This document shows positions 18,677 through 27,919 of a stretch of 64,000 bases of DNA, piece by piece. This DNA comes from an uncultured Cytophagia bacterium (GTDB lineage: Bacteria > Zhuqueibacterota > Zhuqueibacteria > Oceanimicrobiales > CAZGRP01). How positions within the stretch are numbered: the first letter of the stretch is position 1; every line of letters begins with the position of its first letter. Where the stretch lies: the NCBI GenBank assembly GCA_964527995.1, contig CAZGRP010000003.1, positions 9,834 through 73,833 of the forward strand. The letters run 5' to 3'. The notes under the pieces were generated by a model, which was given only the letters and a program-made list of their open reading frames with translations, was not told the origin of the DNA and did no database searches. Both the position numbers and the translations under genes were made by a program.

Positions 18677-19606
18677 CTACCGCTTCCACCATAGGACGTC
18701 CGTGGTTGCATACTCGGCCGAATCAGCCAGCAGGCGTTTTTTCTCCGCCGGCGTGAGAGGCTGGAAACGGGTGGCAAAAGAGACATTCTCCTCGACCTCG
18801 GCGGTGGTTTCCATGCCGACAATCGCCAGGGAAATCGGCAGCCCGAGCACGTAGCGAAGATGGAGGTCCGGCTTTTCCGTGACTCTGCCGCCAGCGAGCA
18901 CCTTCATTGCGATCACGCCGGCACCGGTCTGCGAGGCCGCCGACAACACCGCATCTTCAAAATCGTGCAGTCCCTTGTCGGGAGGACTGATGGGCACCAG
19001 CGCCGTCGCGAACGGAAAGCGCTTCAGAGCTTCCGAGATGACCGAAGGCCGGCGATGGCCGGTGATGCCGATGAAGCGCACTTGGCCCGCCTTCTGCGCC
19101 TCGAGTGCGGCCGCTACCGAGCCTTCCTTGCCGAGGACGTACTCAAGCGTCTCCATGTCGTTGACAGCATGAATCTGGAGCAAGTCTACATAGTCGGTCT
19201 GGAGCCGCTTCAGACTCTGGCGGATTTCTGCGGCAGCCTCCGCTTTGGTTCTGCGAAGCGCCTTGGTGCTGAGCCACACCTGAGTACGCCGACGACGCAT
19301 CACCTCGCCTACTTTCAGCTCTGCGTCGCCGTAGGTGCTGGCAGTGTCAACGTAGTTGATGCCGAGATCGATGGCGGTTTCGATGACTTCACGGGCCTGC
19401 CTGCGGCCCACGCGGCGACTACCGATCTGAGCTGTACCCAGCCCGATCACTGTGGCGGAAAAGCCGGTTCTTCCTAGCGGGCGCCGCTCGAGCTGCGGAG
19501 TTTCCGCAATGTGTCTGGCGACGCTCGCGGCGGGTAGCGTGCTCAAGGCGAGAGCCCCGGCGGCCGTGCGCTTAACGAACTCGCGCCGTGTCATGTTGGA
19601 AGGCAT
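18677..19606 (-). CDS. Aldo/keto reductase with a Tat-type signal peptide.
   Basis: MPSNMTRREFVKRTAAGALALSTLPAASVA (twin-arginine). AKR core ...GINYVDTASTYGDAE..., ...VRFIGITGH.... Confidence 0.85.
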   Translation of the reverse strand: MPSNMTRREFVKRTAAGALALSTLPAASVARHIAETPQLERRPLGRTGFSATVIGLGTAQIGSRRVGRRQAREVIETAIDLGINYVDTASTYGDAELKVGEVMRRRRTQVWLSTKALRRTKAEAAAEIRQSLKRLQTDYVDLLQIHAVNDMETLEYVLGKEGSVAAALEAQKAGQVRFIGITGHRRPSVISEALKRFPFATALVPISPPDKGLHDFEDAVLSAASQTGAGVIAMKVLAGGRVTEKPDLHLRYVLGLPISLAIVGMETTAEVEENVSFATRFQPLTPAEKKRLLADSAEYATTDVLWWKR

Positions 19607-19614
19607 ACCGGGAG

Positions 19615-19995
19615 TTAGGCGACGGCTTTGGCCCTGGCAGGTTTCTTCAGCAGCTCCTTCATCTTATCAAGAAGCATGCTGAGATCCATCGATTTGACCA
19701 GGAAAGCGCTGGCCATCCAGCTCTTGAAAGAAGTCTTCCACAGCGGCGTCGAGCTCTGAACGATGATGGGTACATTGGGCTTCGTACGCGAGATAGTACG
19801 GGTCACCATCGACCCGGCCTGCAAGCCCTTGGGGGAGAGATTCACGACGATCAGATCAAACTGCTTGTCCAGGAGCTTACGAATCGCGTCAGTTCCGTCA
19901 TCGGCAAAATCGACATCGTACCCGTGCTTGGGCAACTCCGTCTGGTACAGCGGCCGATGATTCACATTGGGTTCCACGATGAGAATGGAAGCCAT
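19615..19995 (-). CDS. Single-domain response-regulator receiver (CheY-like) that lacks the phospho-acceptor Asp. Pseudo-receiver.
   Basis: 126 aa. The fold aligns to CheY, but the D57 position reads VVNLSP (Asn). The acidic pocket reads IVEPNV instead of DD. T87 (S/T) and K109 positions are retained. Confidence 0.65.
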   Translation of the reverse strand: MASILIVEPNVNHRPLYQTELPKHGYDVDFADDGTDAIRKLLDKQFDLIVVNLSPKGLQAGSMVTRTISRTKPNVPIIVQSSTPLWKTSFKSWMASAFLVKSMDLSMLLDKMKELLKKPARAKAVA

Positions 19996-20465
19996 TTTTC
20001 ACCTCTTGTCTACTTGGTGGGTTCAAGACGAACTGAAGGGCGCCGGCGCCAACGCTCATCCCTGAGAGATCGACAGCCGGCACTCATATGTCCTTCGCGC
20101 AATCACTTTGCCAAAACAGCGCGGTATCGAATGAATAGAGCGACAACAAACACGTGGGTGCAAGAGCGAGTCAACGCCCGGGGTAACCGTCACAAAGAGG
20201 CCGGATGGTCAGTCCAACGGACAGTGAATGTCAAAGTTGTGAGGTGGTTCGGAGATCAACCACGGATTGGGATCTGGCCGTCAATGGGTGGTGCGAAAGC
20301 CGGCCTTCGTTACTGACGTTTTCGGCCGACCCGCCGCTAAACTTGAGCCGATCGCCAAAGGTTTCGAGGCTGTTGCAGAACGATACCCAGGATCCGCATC
20401 GAGTTGTTCAAGGACTCACTCTGAGAAACCGAAACGCCGGACCAGGTATTCCAGCCAGGGTGACC

Positions 20466-21323
20466 CTAGGGCGATGACCTTCTGTGAAGCGAAACAGGCA
20501 AACGGTACGCCGTCATCACTCCAAGAAACTCGGCATCCCGTGTAAGCCCCTTGCGCACCACCAGTCCCGCCTCCCCTTTGGCCACTGGAAACCACGTTCG
20601 GAAAATCGCCACCACATAGTCCTCGCGGCGGCGATTGCTGACAAAACCACTCACCTCCACCTCTTTTTTCCAGCGCCGTCCGTCGCTCGATCGCCAGGCG
20701 AAACCGAACATCAAGAAATCATCGTTGCTGCTGTCGAGCGGCGGATCCACCGGACTTCCCAGAATCGCCAGCCCGAGGTTCACGGTCCAAGATCCGCTGC
20801 CGACAAGCAGCGAAGAAAAAAAGTCGGTGTTATCTGTGCCCAGCCAGACACCCTTGTCGCTGGCATTGGGCAGCTTGGTCGAGACCACCAAGCCCACCGC
20901 CGGAAACCGAGGACGTTGCTGCAGGAACTGGAACTTCGATGAAACGACCAAGTCTCCCGGCCCGGTTGCTTTCACCCCACCCTTCTCCACCCGCTGGCGG
21001 ACGTCCCAGCGCAGCGAAAGCTGCACGTTTCGAGCCACACCGATCTCAACCCTCACGGGCACCAGGTTCAGACGAAAGGGCGGGCGTTCTCTACTTCCGC
21101 GGTAGAAGAGCGCCGCCGCACCGATGCTCACGTCCAGGGTGCCGGGAACATTCGGACCGAGCGCCTCGACACCTGTCACAAACGGCCCGACCGTTGTCCC
21201 ATAGTTGAAGATCTTCTGACCGTATGACGGGCTAACAAAGCCCAGCATAGCACAGGCAACACCGAACCACAGCCGTGGTTTGGCAAACCCTCTCAGGCCA
21301 GAACGAATGATGGTTTGAATCAC
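20466..21323 (-). CDS. Putative outer-membrane beta-barrel protein (hypothetical).
   Basis: Signal peptide ...FGVACAMLGFVSPSYGQ. Alternating amphipathic strands. Aromatic C-terminus. No catalytic motif. Confidence 0.4.
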   Translation of the reverse strand: MIQTIIRSGLRGFAKPRLWFGVACAMLGFVSPSYGQKIFNYGTTVGPFVTGVEALGPNVPGTLDVSIGAAALFYRGSRERPPFRLNLVPVRVEIGVARNVQLSLRWDVRQRVEKGGVKATGPGDLVVSSKFQFLQQRPRFPAVGLVVSTKLPNASDKGVWLGTDNTDFFSSLLVGSGSWTVNLGLAILGSPVDPPLDSSNDDFLMFGFAWRSSDGRRWKKEVEVSGFVSNRRREDYVVAIFRTWFPVAKGEAGLVVRKGLTRDAEFLGVMTAYRLPVSLHRRSSP

Positions 21324-21442
21324 GCGTCGAAGGGGAGTCTGAAGCGGCTCCCGTGAGGAGCGGTGGAAGCAATGACTGCTAGCCGAGCGAACACAGCTTT
21401 AACGCCGGCCGTTTCCGAAAAGTTGCGCCGCCAGAGAAGAAT

Positions 21443-22420
21443 TTATCCCTTTTGGAAAGGAGCCGCAGATGCATGGAGGTTCCAGTCGCGGGGCATTCTC
21501 GCAAAGTTGAGCACCGCACCGCAGAACTCCTTGCCCTCGTCCTCTACTTTCCCTACGGCCGCAGACGCATCGCGAACCAAGGTCCAATGCGACCGCAAGA
21601 CAAGCAGCACCAGGTCGATGAAGGGCATCAGGGCCGAAAGCCCACCATTCCCCGACAAGGCAGGAGCGTCGATCACGATCAAATCATAATGTTCCCGGAA
21701 GGAGTCCATGCAGCGTCGGAAAGAATCGACATTCTGCATCAGGTTGGAACTTCCAGCTCGTTCGCCGCCGGTGACGATATCGAGAGGGGTCTCAGGATCA
21801 TTTCGGCGCGACAAAAGGTCGCCGGGAGAAATTCGCCTTCGCAGCATCTCCAACAGGCCGGGATCCGGGGGAATATCGAAAAGCACATGGACGGCAGGCT
21901 GGTCCAGATGAGCGTCTACGAGCAGAGTATGCCAGTGCTTCTGAGCGAAGGTGACCGCAAGATTCGCGGCAACGGTCGACTTCCCCTCGGACCGCCCAGG
22001 ACTGGTAACGAGCAACACCGATCCAGGCGACCGGCGCGATGGCAAGCAGAGCTCCACGTTGCTGCGTAACAATCGGAAGCTTTGCGCGGCCGGAGAATCT
22101 GGCCGCCTCAGGACGACCAGGTGATCGACCCCGGGCACACGGCGCCCGCTCCGCAGCCGAAAGCGAAGATGCCTCAACCCGGTCGCCCTCTCTTCCTCAT
22201 CAAAAAGATCCGGAACCATACCGACGACGGAAAGCCCCAGAGCCCGTTCCACGTCTCCCAGCGAGCGCACCGGCGACCGATGGCCCTTCGCAAGCATGGC
22301 GCGAAGCATGCCGAGCGCTCCAGAGTCACGTCGTTCTCTTCCGCCAAGCTCAGAACTGGGTGTAACCCGCTGGCTCGGCCTGCTAGTCGAAACCTGATGC
22401 GCGATGATTCCTCCCTCCAA
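21443..22420 (-). CDS. Exopolysaccharide-type tyrosine autokinase-like P-loop ATPase (BY-kinase catalytic domain, CpsD/CapB-like). No transmembrane activator domain, no C-terminal Tyr cluster.
   Basis: ...SPAAQSFRLLRSNVELCL... followed by Walker A VLLVTSPGRSEGKSTVAANLAVTFA. Walker B-like YDLIVIDAPAL. Confidence 0.65.
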   Translation of the reverse strand: MEGGIIAHQVSTSRPSQRVTPSSELGGRERRDSGALGMLRAMLAKGHRSPVRSLGDVERALGLSVVGMVPDLFDEEERATGLRHLRFRLRSGRRVPGVDHLVVLRRPDSPAAQSFRLLRSNVELCLPSRRSPGSVLLVTSPGRSEGKSTVAANLAVTFAQKHWHTLLVDAHLDQPAVHVLFDIPPDPGLLEMLRRRISPGDLLSRRNDPETPLDIVTGGERAGSSNLMQNVDSFRRCMDSFREHYDLIVIDAPALSGNGGLSALMPFIDLVLLVLRSHWTLVRDASAAVGKVEDEGKEFCGAVLNFARMPRDWNLHASAAPFQKG

Positions 22421-22526
22421 TGCGAAGGAAACGGATTGCTCAGGGAGAATGCGAGAGGTACGCCGAGTTGAGAATGGTCGATTTTGTCGCTGGGTCGCCA
22501 GGCAGGTCAGCCCTTTTCCGCCGCTG

Positions 22527-23876
22527 CTACTTTCGCCGCCAGAACAGCTTCCACCAGCGCGCAGGCGACGCTCTACCGACGGCCTTCCTGCTCGACCGGC
22601 CCGGCAGACCGGTAGCCCGCTGCCCCTCGGATGCCGGCTGGTTGTACCGTTCCAGGTGAACGGGTCTGATCAGACCATACTCGTCGGGTTGGAGATACTG
22701 GATGGTACAGGGATACCCCGGATCACGATACTCGCAAAACGGCCACTTGTCGCAGCGGTCGGTGCAACGGAGCACTTCATTGGCAAGCATGTCTTGACGA
22801 CCGATGACCATGCCGACTTGATCATCATCCTCTTCGCTATCATCGGTCACCCGCAGCTTGCGGGCCATCTCACGAGCGGCCCAGGCAGCGCCGGGGTTCT
22901 GCGAATTCGATACAAAGATGGGTCTGACGCAGGCAACAAACTCCCCCGCCCCCGGGTCTACGGGCAACGACCCCAGGTAGTCGAGCTCAACCCCGACCTC
23001 CTGGGCAGACAATTGCCAGAGTTCCTCGATGGCTGTGCCGGCATCCTCCGACTCAAACGCATTGAAGATGACTCCCGGTCTGAACCGCTCCAGATGAACG
23101 CGCGCGATCTCATAGGCATCGATATCCGTGGCCATCAGGCGACGAAGGAACGATCTCAGGTCACCATAGAGCGCTTTGCCCTGGCTGTCGATCTCCTCCT
23201 GGATCAGCGCCACTGCCTTTGGACGCTTTTGGAACATCAAACGCCACGATTCGAGGACAGCGCGGTAAAGGACCATCAAGGTGCGCACGAACGCTTCCTG
23301 GTTTACCCGCGTCACGACGACCGGATCATCAGCCAGCGGCAGGAAGCCCAGGTTCGTGTGCAGTGTCCCGGAACCGAGATCCAGAATCACGTGTGTAAGC
23401 TCTTCCTCCGTCTCAGAACGCGACAAGAAGCCATCGGCCACAGCCTCATATCGCCGCACAATCACCTGCCGGAGTGTGCTCAGCGCCTCGAAAGTCTGAT
23501 CCGCGAGCATCTGCATGGCGCTCTTTCCGAGCGCAGCCAGCAGCTCACCGTTTACGGTCGTCTGACTTGACTGCAGCGACAGAGTGGCATCGACCGGAAG
23601 GGCACGCTCGCGGCTTGTGCTGAGCAAATAGCTGAGGCAGGCAGTGACGTAGGTCTTACCGCTCCGTTCCGGCCCCGCCACCGCCCACAGGCGGCCCCAG
23701 CATCCGGAGTCGCTCGTCAGGCTGGTCAGCGCATCGAGCCAGCGCTCGTACCCCGACAGCAGCGACGGCCCTCTGCGGCGATCACCGGCAACATCGCGGC
23801 CGGCGTTGGCCACTGCCCCAACTGGCATCACGACATCGTCCCTCCGGCGATGATTGTCGTGGTTGAACTCAGGCAA
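22527..23876 (-). CDS. P-loop NTPase (ParA/MinD-superfamily-like) with a C-terminal Cys4 cluster.
   Basis: Walker A AVAGPERSGKTYVTA. Walker B-like THVILDLGSGT. C-terminal CTDRCDKWPFCEYRDPGYPC (C-x3-C-x5-C-x8-C). N-terminal start codon uncertain. Confidence 0.5.
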   Translation of the reverse strand: MPEFNHDNHRRRDDVVMPVGAVANAGRDVAGDRRRGPSLLSGYERWLDALTSLTSDSGCWGRLWAVAGPERSGKTYVTACLSYLLSTSRERALPVDATLSLQSSQTTVNGELLAALGKSAMQMLADQTFEALSTLRQVIVRRYEAVADGFLSRSETEEELTHVILDLGSGTLHTNLGFLPLADDPVVVTRVNQEAFVRTLMVLYRAVLESWRLMFQKRPKAVALIQEEIDSQGKALYGDLRSFLRRLMATDIDAYEIARVHLERFRPGVIFNAFESEDAGTAIEELWQLSAQEVGVELDYLGSLPVDPGAGEFVACVRPIFVSNSQNPGAAWAAREMARKLRVTDDSEEDDDQVGMVIGRQDMLANEVLRCTDRCDKWPFCEYRDPGYPCTIQYLQPDEYGLIRPVHLERYNQPASEGQRATGLPGRSSRKAVGRASPARWWKLFWRRK

Positions 23877-23920
23877 ATTCGGCCTTCCTTACGACATTTG
23901 GCAATTTCTTGCACCGGGGC

Positions 23921-23956
23921 ACAAAAAGAAAAAGGCATAACAGCGACTGTTATGCC
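23921..23956 (-). terminator. Rho-independent terminator downstream of the MscS gene.
   Basis: 10-bp hairpin GGCATAACAG-cgac-CTGTTATGCC. Followed, on the minus-strand transcript, by UUUUCUUUUU. Confidence 0.55.
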
Positions 23957-24210
23957 TCCTGCACAAAACGGTTGCGAGCGTTGCCCGCTTCGTCGAGTGG
24001 TCACCGGGCCCCAAACCACTCGGGCCCTGTCGAGCCGATATCGCATGCGGATGACGGCGCTTTCGAATCTTCCCAGGCCGGGGCGGTTGTCCCCGGCCCC
24101 TACACACAAACGACGGGCGCTGGCAGTATAGCAAGAATGGGTCGGAAAGTCAAGAACTTTTTGCCGCCGAGAGATCGGCGACTCCATCGATCCGCCGCAT
24201 TTCGCTGAGA

Positions 24211-25128
24211 TCACTGGGTTCTACGCATCAATCTTCGCCTTCCTCTGGTTCGCGCCTGAGTGGGCTGCGTTCCGACACGGAAGTAGACACTGATCTGGTC
24301 GCCGGAGATCGGGATGTTTCGCGCCCGAAAAACCGTACAGATGCGATTCACGAACTCCCGCTCAACGACCCAGTTCTCCTTCGGCCATATACGCAGGGAG
24401 AGGCGGACGTACAATTCATCCTCTCCGACGCGCACGAACCCGAGCATCTCCGGTGAGGCCAGAATGACAGCGTTGAACTGCTTGTGCAATCGCCGGGCTG
24501 TGTTTCGTAACAGCTCTTTGATTTCGTCGCCGGCGTTGGTTGGCACAGGAACATCAACATAGGCCGTCGTGTACCCGCGCGGAAAAGTGCCGACTTGTTC
24601 GATCAGGCGGTTCGGGATGACGAGCTTTTCGCCGAGATAGGTACGCAGGGTTGTTGTTCGCGCCTGCATCTCCTCGACACGTCCGACCTGCCCACCAGCT
24701 TCAATCATGTCGCCGACGTTGAAACGCCCGTCCAGGCGCAGCAAGAAACCGTTGATGAGATCCTGCACAACGCCCTGTGCGCCGAAAGCGAACGCCAGGC
24801 CGACAAGAAAGAGCGCCGCAAGATAGGTGGCAACCTGGACACCGGCCAAAGCGAGGATCAGGTACAACGACCACAAGTAGACCGCATATTTCAGCAGGCC
24901 GATCACGAAGTCATTGATAACGCGGGCTCTCCTGTCATCGCGCAAAACGTACTTCAGGGGAATGGCTCGGCTCGTGACGATAGCCTCATTCAGTCGCCTC
25001 GCCAGGATGGACAGATACCTGGCAGCAACAGCCAGAAGGAGCGCAAAAGCAATGACCAGGAGTGTCTGGACAGTGGGGGAAGTCGACCGCAGGAAGTCCT
25101 TCACAGCGGTCATGAATTCAAAGGGCAT
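24211..25128 (-). CDS. Small-conductance mechanosensitive channel, MscS family.
   Basis: Three N-terminal TM helices, then the MscS beta-domain ...RFNVGDMIEAGGQVGRVEEMQARTTTLRTYLGEKLVIPN.... Confidence 0.85.
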   Translation of the reverse strand: MPFEFMTAVKDFLRSTSPTVQTLLVIAFALLLAVAARYLSILARRLNEAIVTSRAIPLKYVLRDDRRARVINDFVIGLLKYAVYLWSLYLILALAGVQVATYLAALFLVGLAFAFGAQGVVQDLINGFLLRLDGRFNVGDMIEAGGQVGRVEEMQARTTTLRTYLGEKLVIPNRLIEQVGTFPRGYTTAYVDVPVPTNAGDEIKELLRNTARRLHKQFNAVILASPEMLGFVRVGEDELYVRLSLRIWPKENWVVEREFVNRICTVFRARNIPISGDQISVYFRVGTQPTQARTRGRRRLMRRTQ

Positions 25129-25267
25129 AAGATAGTAGCCTCCTTAGTTGGTTGCAACTCTGCTGCCGGACAGGGCCGCATTCATTTCCTGCGGCGCACA
25201 AGGGTGGCATGCCCGGGTCCGGCGTGAACACGTTCTGTTGGTGCGGCCTTACCCCAGAGAGGGTGAG

Positions 25268-25939
25268 TCAGGCGAACAGCACAGCGAGAATGCCCGTGAT
25301 AAAGATCCCATCGAACGTCCCGGCTCCGCCGATCGATGCCACTGGCGCCCCCAGCCCTTTGATCTTGCCCAGATTGAGCAAGTCAGCACCGAACAGCGTG
25401 CCCAAGGTGCCTGAAATGTAGGCCACCCGCGGCAGATCGTGGGGTGACAGCAGGGCGCCAGCCAGAAGAGCCGTAAGGGGTGCGATCAGCACGGGCACTG
25501 CGATGCCGACTCCGGGCACAGGACGAGCGAATCTGTTCACCACGATGGTAACGATGGCGGCTGCCACCAAAGGTGGAAAGATGCCCCCGCGCAGAAGCAA
25601 CATCAGCGAAACCACGGTGGGAATCACAGCACCCCCCAAATTCACCGCGATGACCATACGATGGGCAGGCTCGATCTGGGGCACGAGGTAGCGCATGCCC
25701 CAAAACTGCACGATGCGGTGGGTGACCACCGGCTCCGATTCAAGCCTCAATACGGGCACATTGATGAGGCTCCCGAAGAGCGTTGCGTAGAGGAGCAAGA
25801 AAACCTGCCAGGGACTGAAGCCCAGCTTTTCAAAGGCGTAGCTGATAACCCCGATCTGAACGAAAATCAGGAGGATGAGAAGCACAAAGACACCAAGCAC
25901 GAAGAACAGCAGCACAAAGGGCGGATAGAAATACCGCAT
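25268..25939 (-). CDS. DUF1614-family integral membrane protein.
   Basis: Polytopic membrane protein. I recall the ...ASIGGAGTFDGIFITGILAVLFA motif as DUF1614. Confidence 0.6.
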   Translation of the reverse strand: MRYFYPPFVLLFFVLGVFVLLILLIFVQIGVISYAFEKLGFSPWQVFLLLYATLFGSLINVPVLRLESEPVVTHRIVQFWGMRYLVPQIEPAHRMVIAVNLGGAVIPTVVSLMLLLRGGIFPPLVAAAIVTIVVNRFARPVPGVGIAVPVLIAPLTALLAGALLSPHDLPRVAYISGTLGTLFGADLLNLGKIKGLGAPVASIGGAGTFDGIFITGILAVLFA

Positions 25940-26179
25940 CAGTCAAGTCCTTTCTCACTCTGTGAATGCTACGGCGGCCATCCCATCCTCATGCCGGCAC
26001 GACCTGAACAGACGAGACGCGCGGAGAGGCGAACCACCGGTGCCGGCTCATCCAGGGTTGGGCAAATGTAATAACAAATCCGCCCAAATTCAACCATCCA
26101 TTTCAAAACCACAAGAATCGCCGGTGACGGGAATGTCGGAGCGGGAGCTCCTGTTTGAAATAGGCAGCCTAACTCATTC

Positions 26180-26482
26180 TTGCCGAGGTTGACCTTGAAC
26201 CCAGAACTTTGGTCGCAACCGACCTCCAGTGAGCACAGCATATGCGAGCAAGTGCGGGCCTACGTCTACCCCTACCTGGACGGCGAACTGGGCCCTCAGT
26301 CGGAACAGGCCGTCCGATGCCATCTGTTTGTGTGCCGCTCTTGCCAGGAGTTCTACGACACGGAGCGACACTACCTCCACACCCTCCGCGCGGCGCTCCG
26401 CCGCCCTTGTGTAGCCCCTGCCGATCTCAAGACACGAGTTTCCTCTCTTCTGCGTCACCTGCGCGACGAGAATAGCGTTTGA
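26180..26482 (+). CDS. Small zf-HC2/ZAS-type putative anti-sigma factor. No TM segment.
   Basis: TTG start. H-x3-C-x2-C motif (RCHLFVCRSC). A further Cys lies ~25 residues upstream (SICEQ), giving RsrA-like spacing. Confidence 0.55.
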   Translation: MPRLTLNPELWSQPTSSEHSICEQVRAYVYPYLDGELGPQSEQAVRCHLFVCRSCQEFYDTERHYLHTLRAALRRPCVAPADLKTRVSSLLRHLRDENSV

Positions 26483-26541
26483 TTCAAAGCGCGAAATTGG
26501 TATATTTCAAAGACCTTGGTGCTGCGAAATCTCGTCCGGCA

Positions 26542-27840
26542 ATGACGAAAGAGGCTGTCCCTTTGCCCGAAATGACCTGCCGCTATAAACAGATTGCTCT
26601 CTATCTTCTGGTGGGAATTTCCCCGCTGCTTTACTCCTGTACCGACCGCCCGCGTCGGAACCCATTCGACCCGAAGAACCCTCAGGCCATCGTCCGTCCG
26701 ATAGGGCTGCGTATCGTCTCTGAGGAGCACGAGGTTCAACTCACCTGGCAGGCAGTCGGCCGCAGCGACCTGCTGCACTACACAGTCTACCGTCGCGGTC
26801 CGGACGAGGCCAGCTTCCAACCCATTGCCCAGGTGCCGCCTACAAAGAGAGAGTTTCGCGATACCGGGCTGGAGTACAATAAAGAATATAGCTACCAGCT
26901 CTCCTACACAACTCCGCAGGGTGAAAGCGAGCGCTCGCAGCCAGTCAGCATCATTCCAGGGCCCGATTCGAAATGGGTGCTCGACACGGCCACCGCACGC
27001 TTGGTGAAGCTGACTTTTGACACGCAGCATCTGATTTCCCGCGGTCCGGCCTTCTTTCGCCCCCTGGACATGGCCGTGAGCCGCCGCGACCGCAGCGTTT
27101 GGGTAGGCGAAGGGCTGGCGGACTTTATCGACAAAATATCGAGTGATGGCACGGTGCAGCTACGCATCACAGGAATCGACGAACCCCGCGACCTGGCTGT
27201 CAACCAGGTCTCAGGGGATTGCTGGTTCTATGATCCCCGGGCCCGTGTCCTGGGCAGAATCGATGCACTGGGTCGCAACGTCGTGGCGTTCACAAGCAAC
27301 CGCTTCTCCGGCCAGATGATGCTCGACGTCAACTCACTCACAGGTGAGGTGTGGCTTGCCGACGTGCCAGGCAAGACTCTTTTTCGGTTTTCACCGGGCG
27401 GTGTTGTGCTTGCCACGCTTCCGCTTGCTGGCACACCCGGCGCACTGGCCGTCTCGGTCGCCGACAACGCCGTGTGGCTCTCAGATGCCGACAACCACGA
27501 GGTCGTCAAACTAAGTGCCGCCGGCAGCGTACTGGCGAGGGCGACGGGATTCGACGCAGTGGTCGATCTGGCCGTCAACGAAATCACCGGCGAACTCTGG
27601 GTCGTGGAGCAGTCCGTCGCGCCTCGTAGCGGTCGGGTGATCCGTCTCTCCCCTGGCGGAGAGCGGACCCTCATCCTGGATGATTTCACTGCACCAACCT
27701 CTGTGGCAGTCGATTTATTCGACAACAGCATCGTCGTCGGTGACGTAGCGAGATCAAGCGTGCGCAGAATCTCTGAGCAGGGTAAAGTCCTGGGGGAGTT
27801 CACCGACCTGGTGAGCCCCAGGATTGTGGGGATCGATTAA
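26542..27840 (+). CDS. Lipoprotein with a fibronectin type III domain and NHL/SMP-30-like beta-propeller repeats.
   Basis: Start at M 26542 or 26572. Signal MTCRYKQIALYLLVGISPLLYSC. Fn3 block ...VQLTWQAVGRSDLLHYTVYRRGPDEASF.... Repeated '...AVD...G..WV.D' propeller blades. Confidence 0.7.
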   Translation: MTKEAVPLPEMTCRYKQIALYLLVGISPLLYSCTDRPRRNPFDPKNPQAIVRPIGLRIVSEEHEVQLTWQAVGRSDLLHYTVYRRGPDEASFQPIAQVPPTKREFRDTGLEYNKEYSYQLSYTTPQGESERSQPVSIIPGPDSKWVLDTATARLVKLTFDTQHLISRGPAFFRPLDMAVSRRDRSVWVGEGLADFIDKISSDGTVQLRITGIDEPRDLAVNQVSGDCWFYDPRARVLGRIDALGRNVVAFTSNRFSGQMMLDVNSLTGEVWLADVPGKTLFRFSPGGVVLATLPLAGTPGALAVSVADNAVWLSDADNHEVVKLSAAGSVLARATGFDAVVDLAVNEITGELWVVEQSVAPRSGRVIRLSPGGERTLILDDFTAPTSVAVDLFDNSIVVGDVARSSVRRISEQGKVLGEFTDLVSPRIVGID

Positions 27841-27919
27841 GGGCTTTCGTCCGATGAAGAGACCTCGAAGGGATCCGATCAGCGCTTCGAGCTTCGTGGA
27901 TTGTGGGCATGGAGACGAC

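Noticed and set aside
23896-23912. Sigma-54-like element TTGGCAatttcTTGCA on the plus strand.
   Set aside because: GG-to-GC spacing is 9 nt, not the invariant 10. There is no plus-strand gene downstream for >2 kb.
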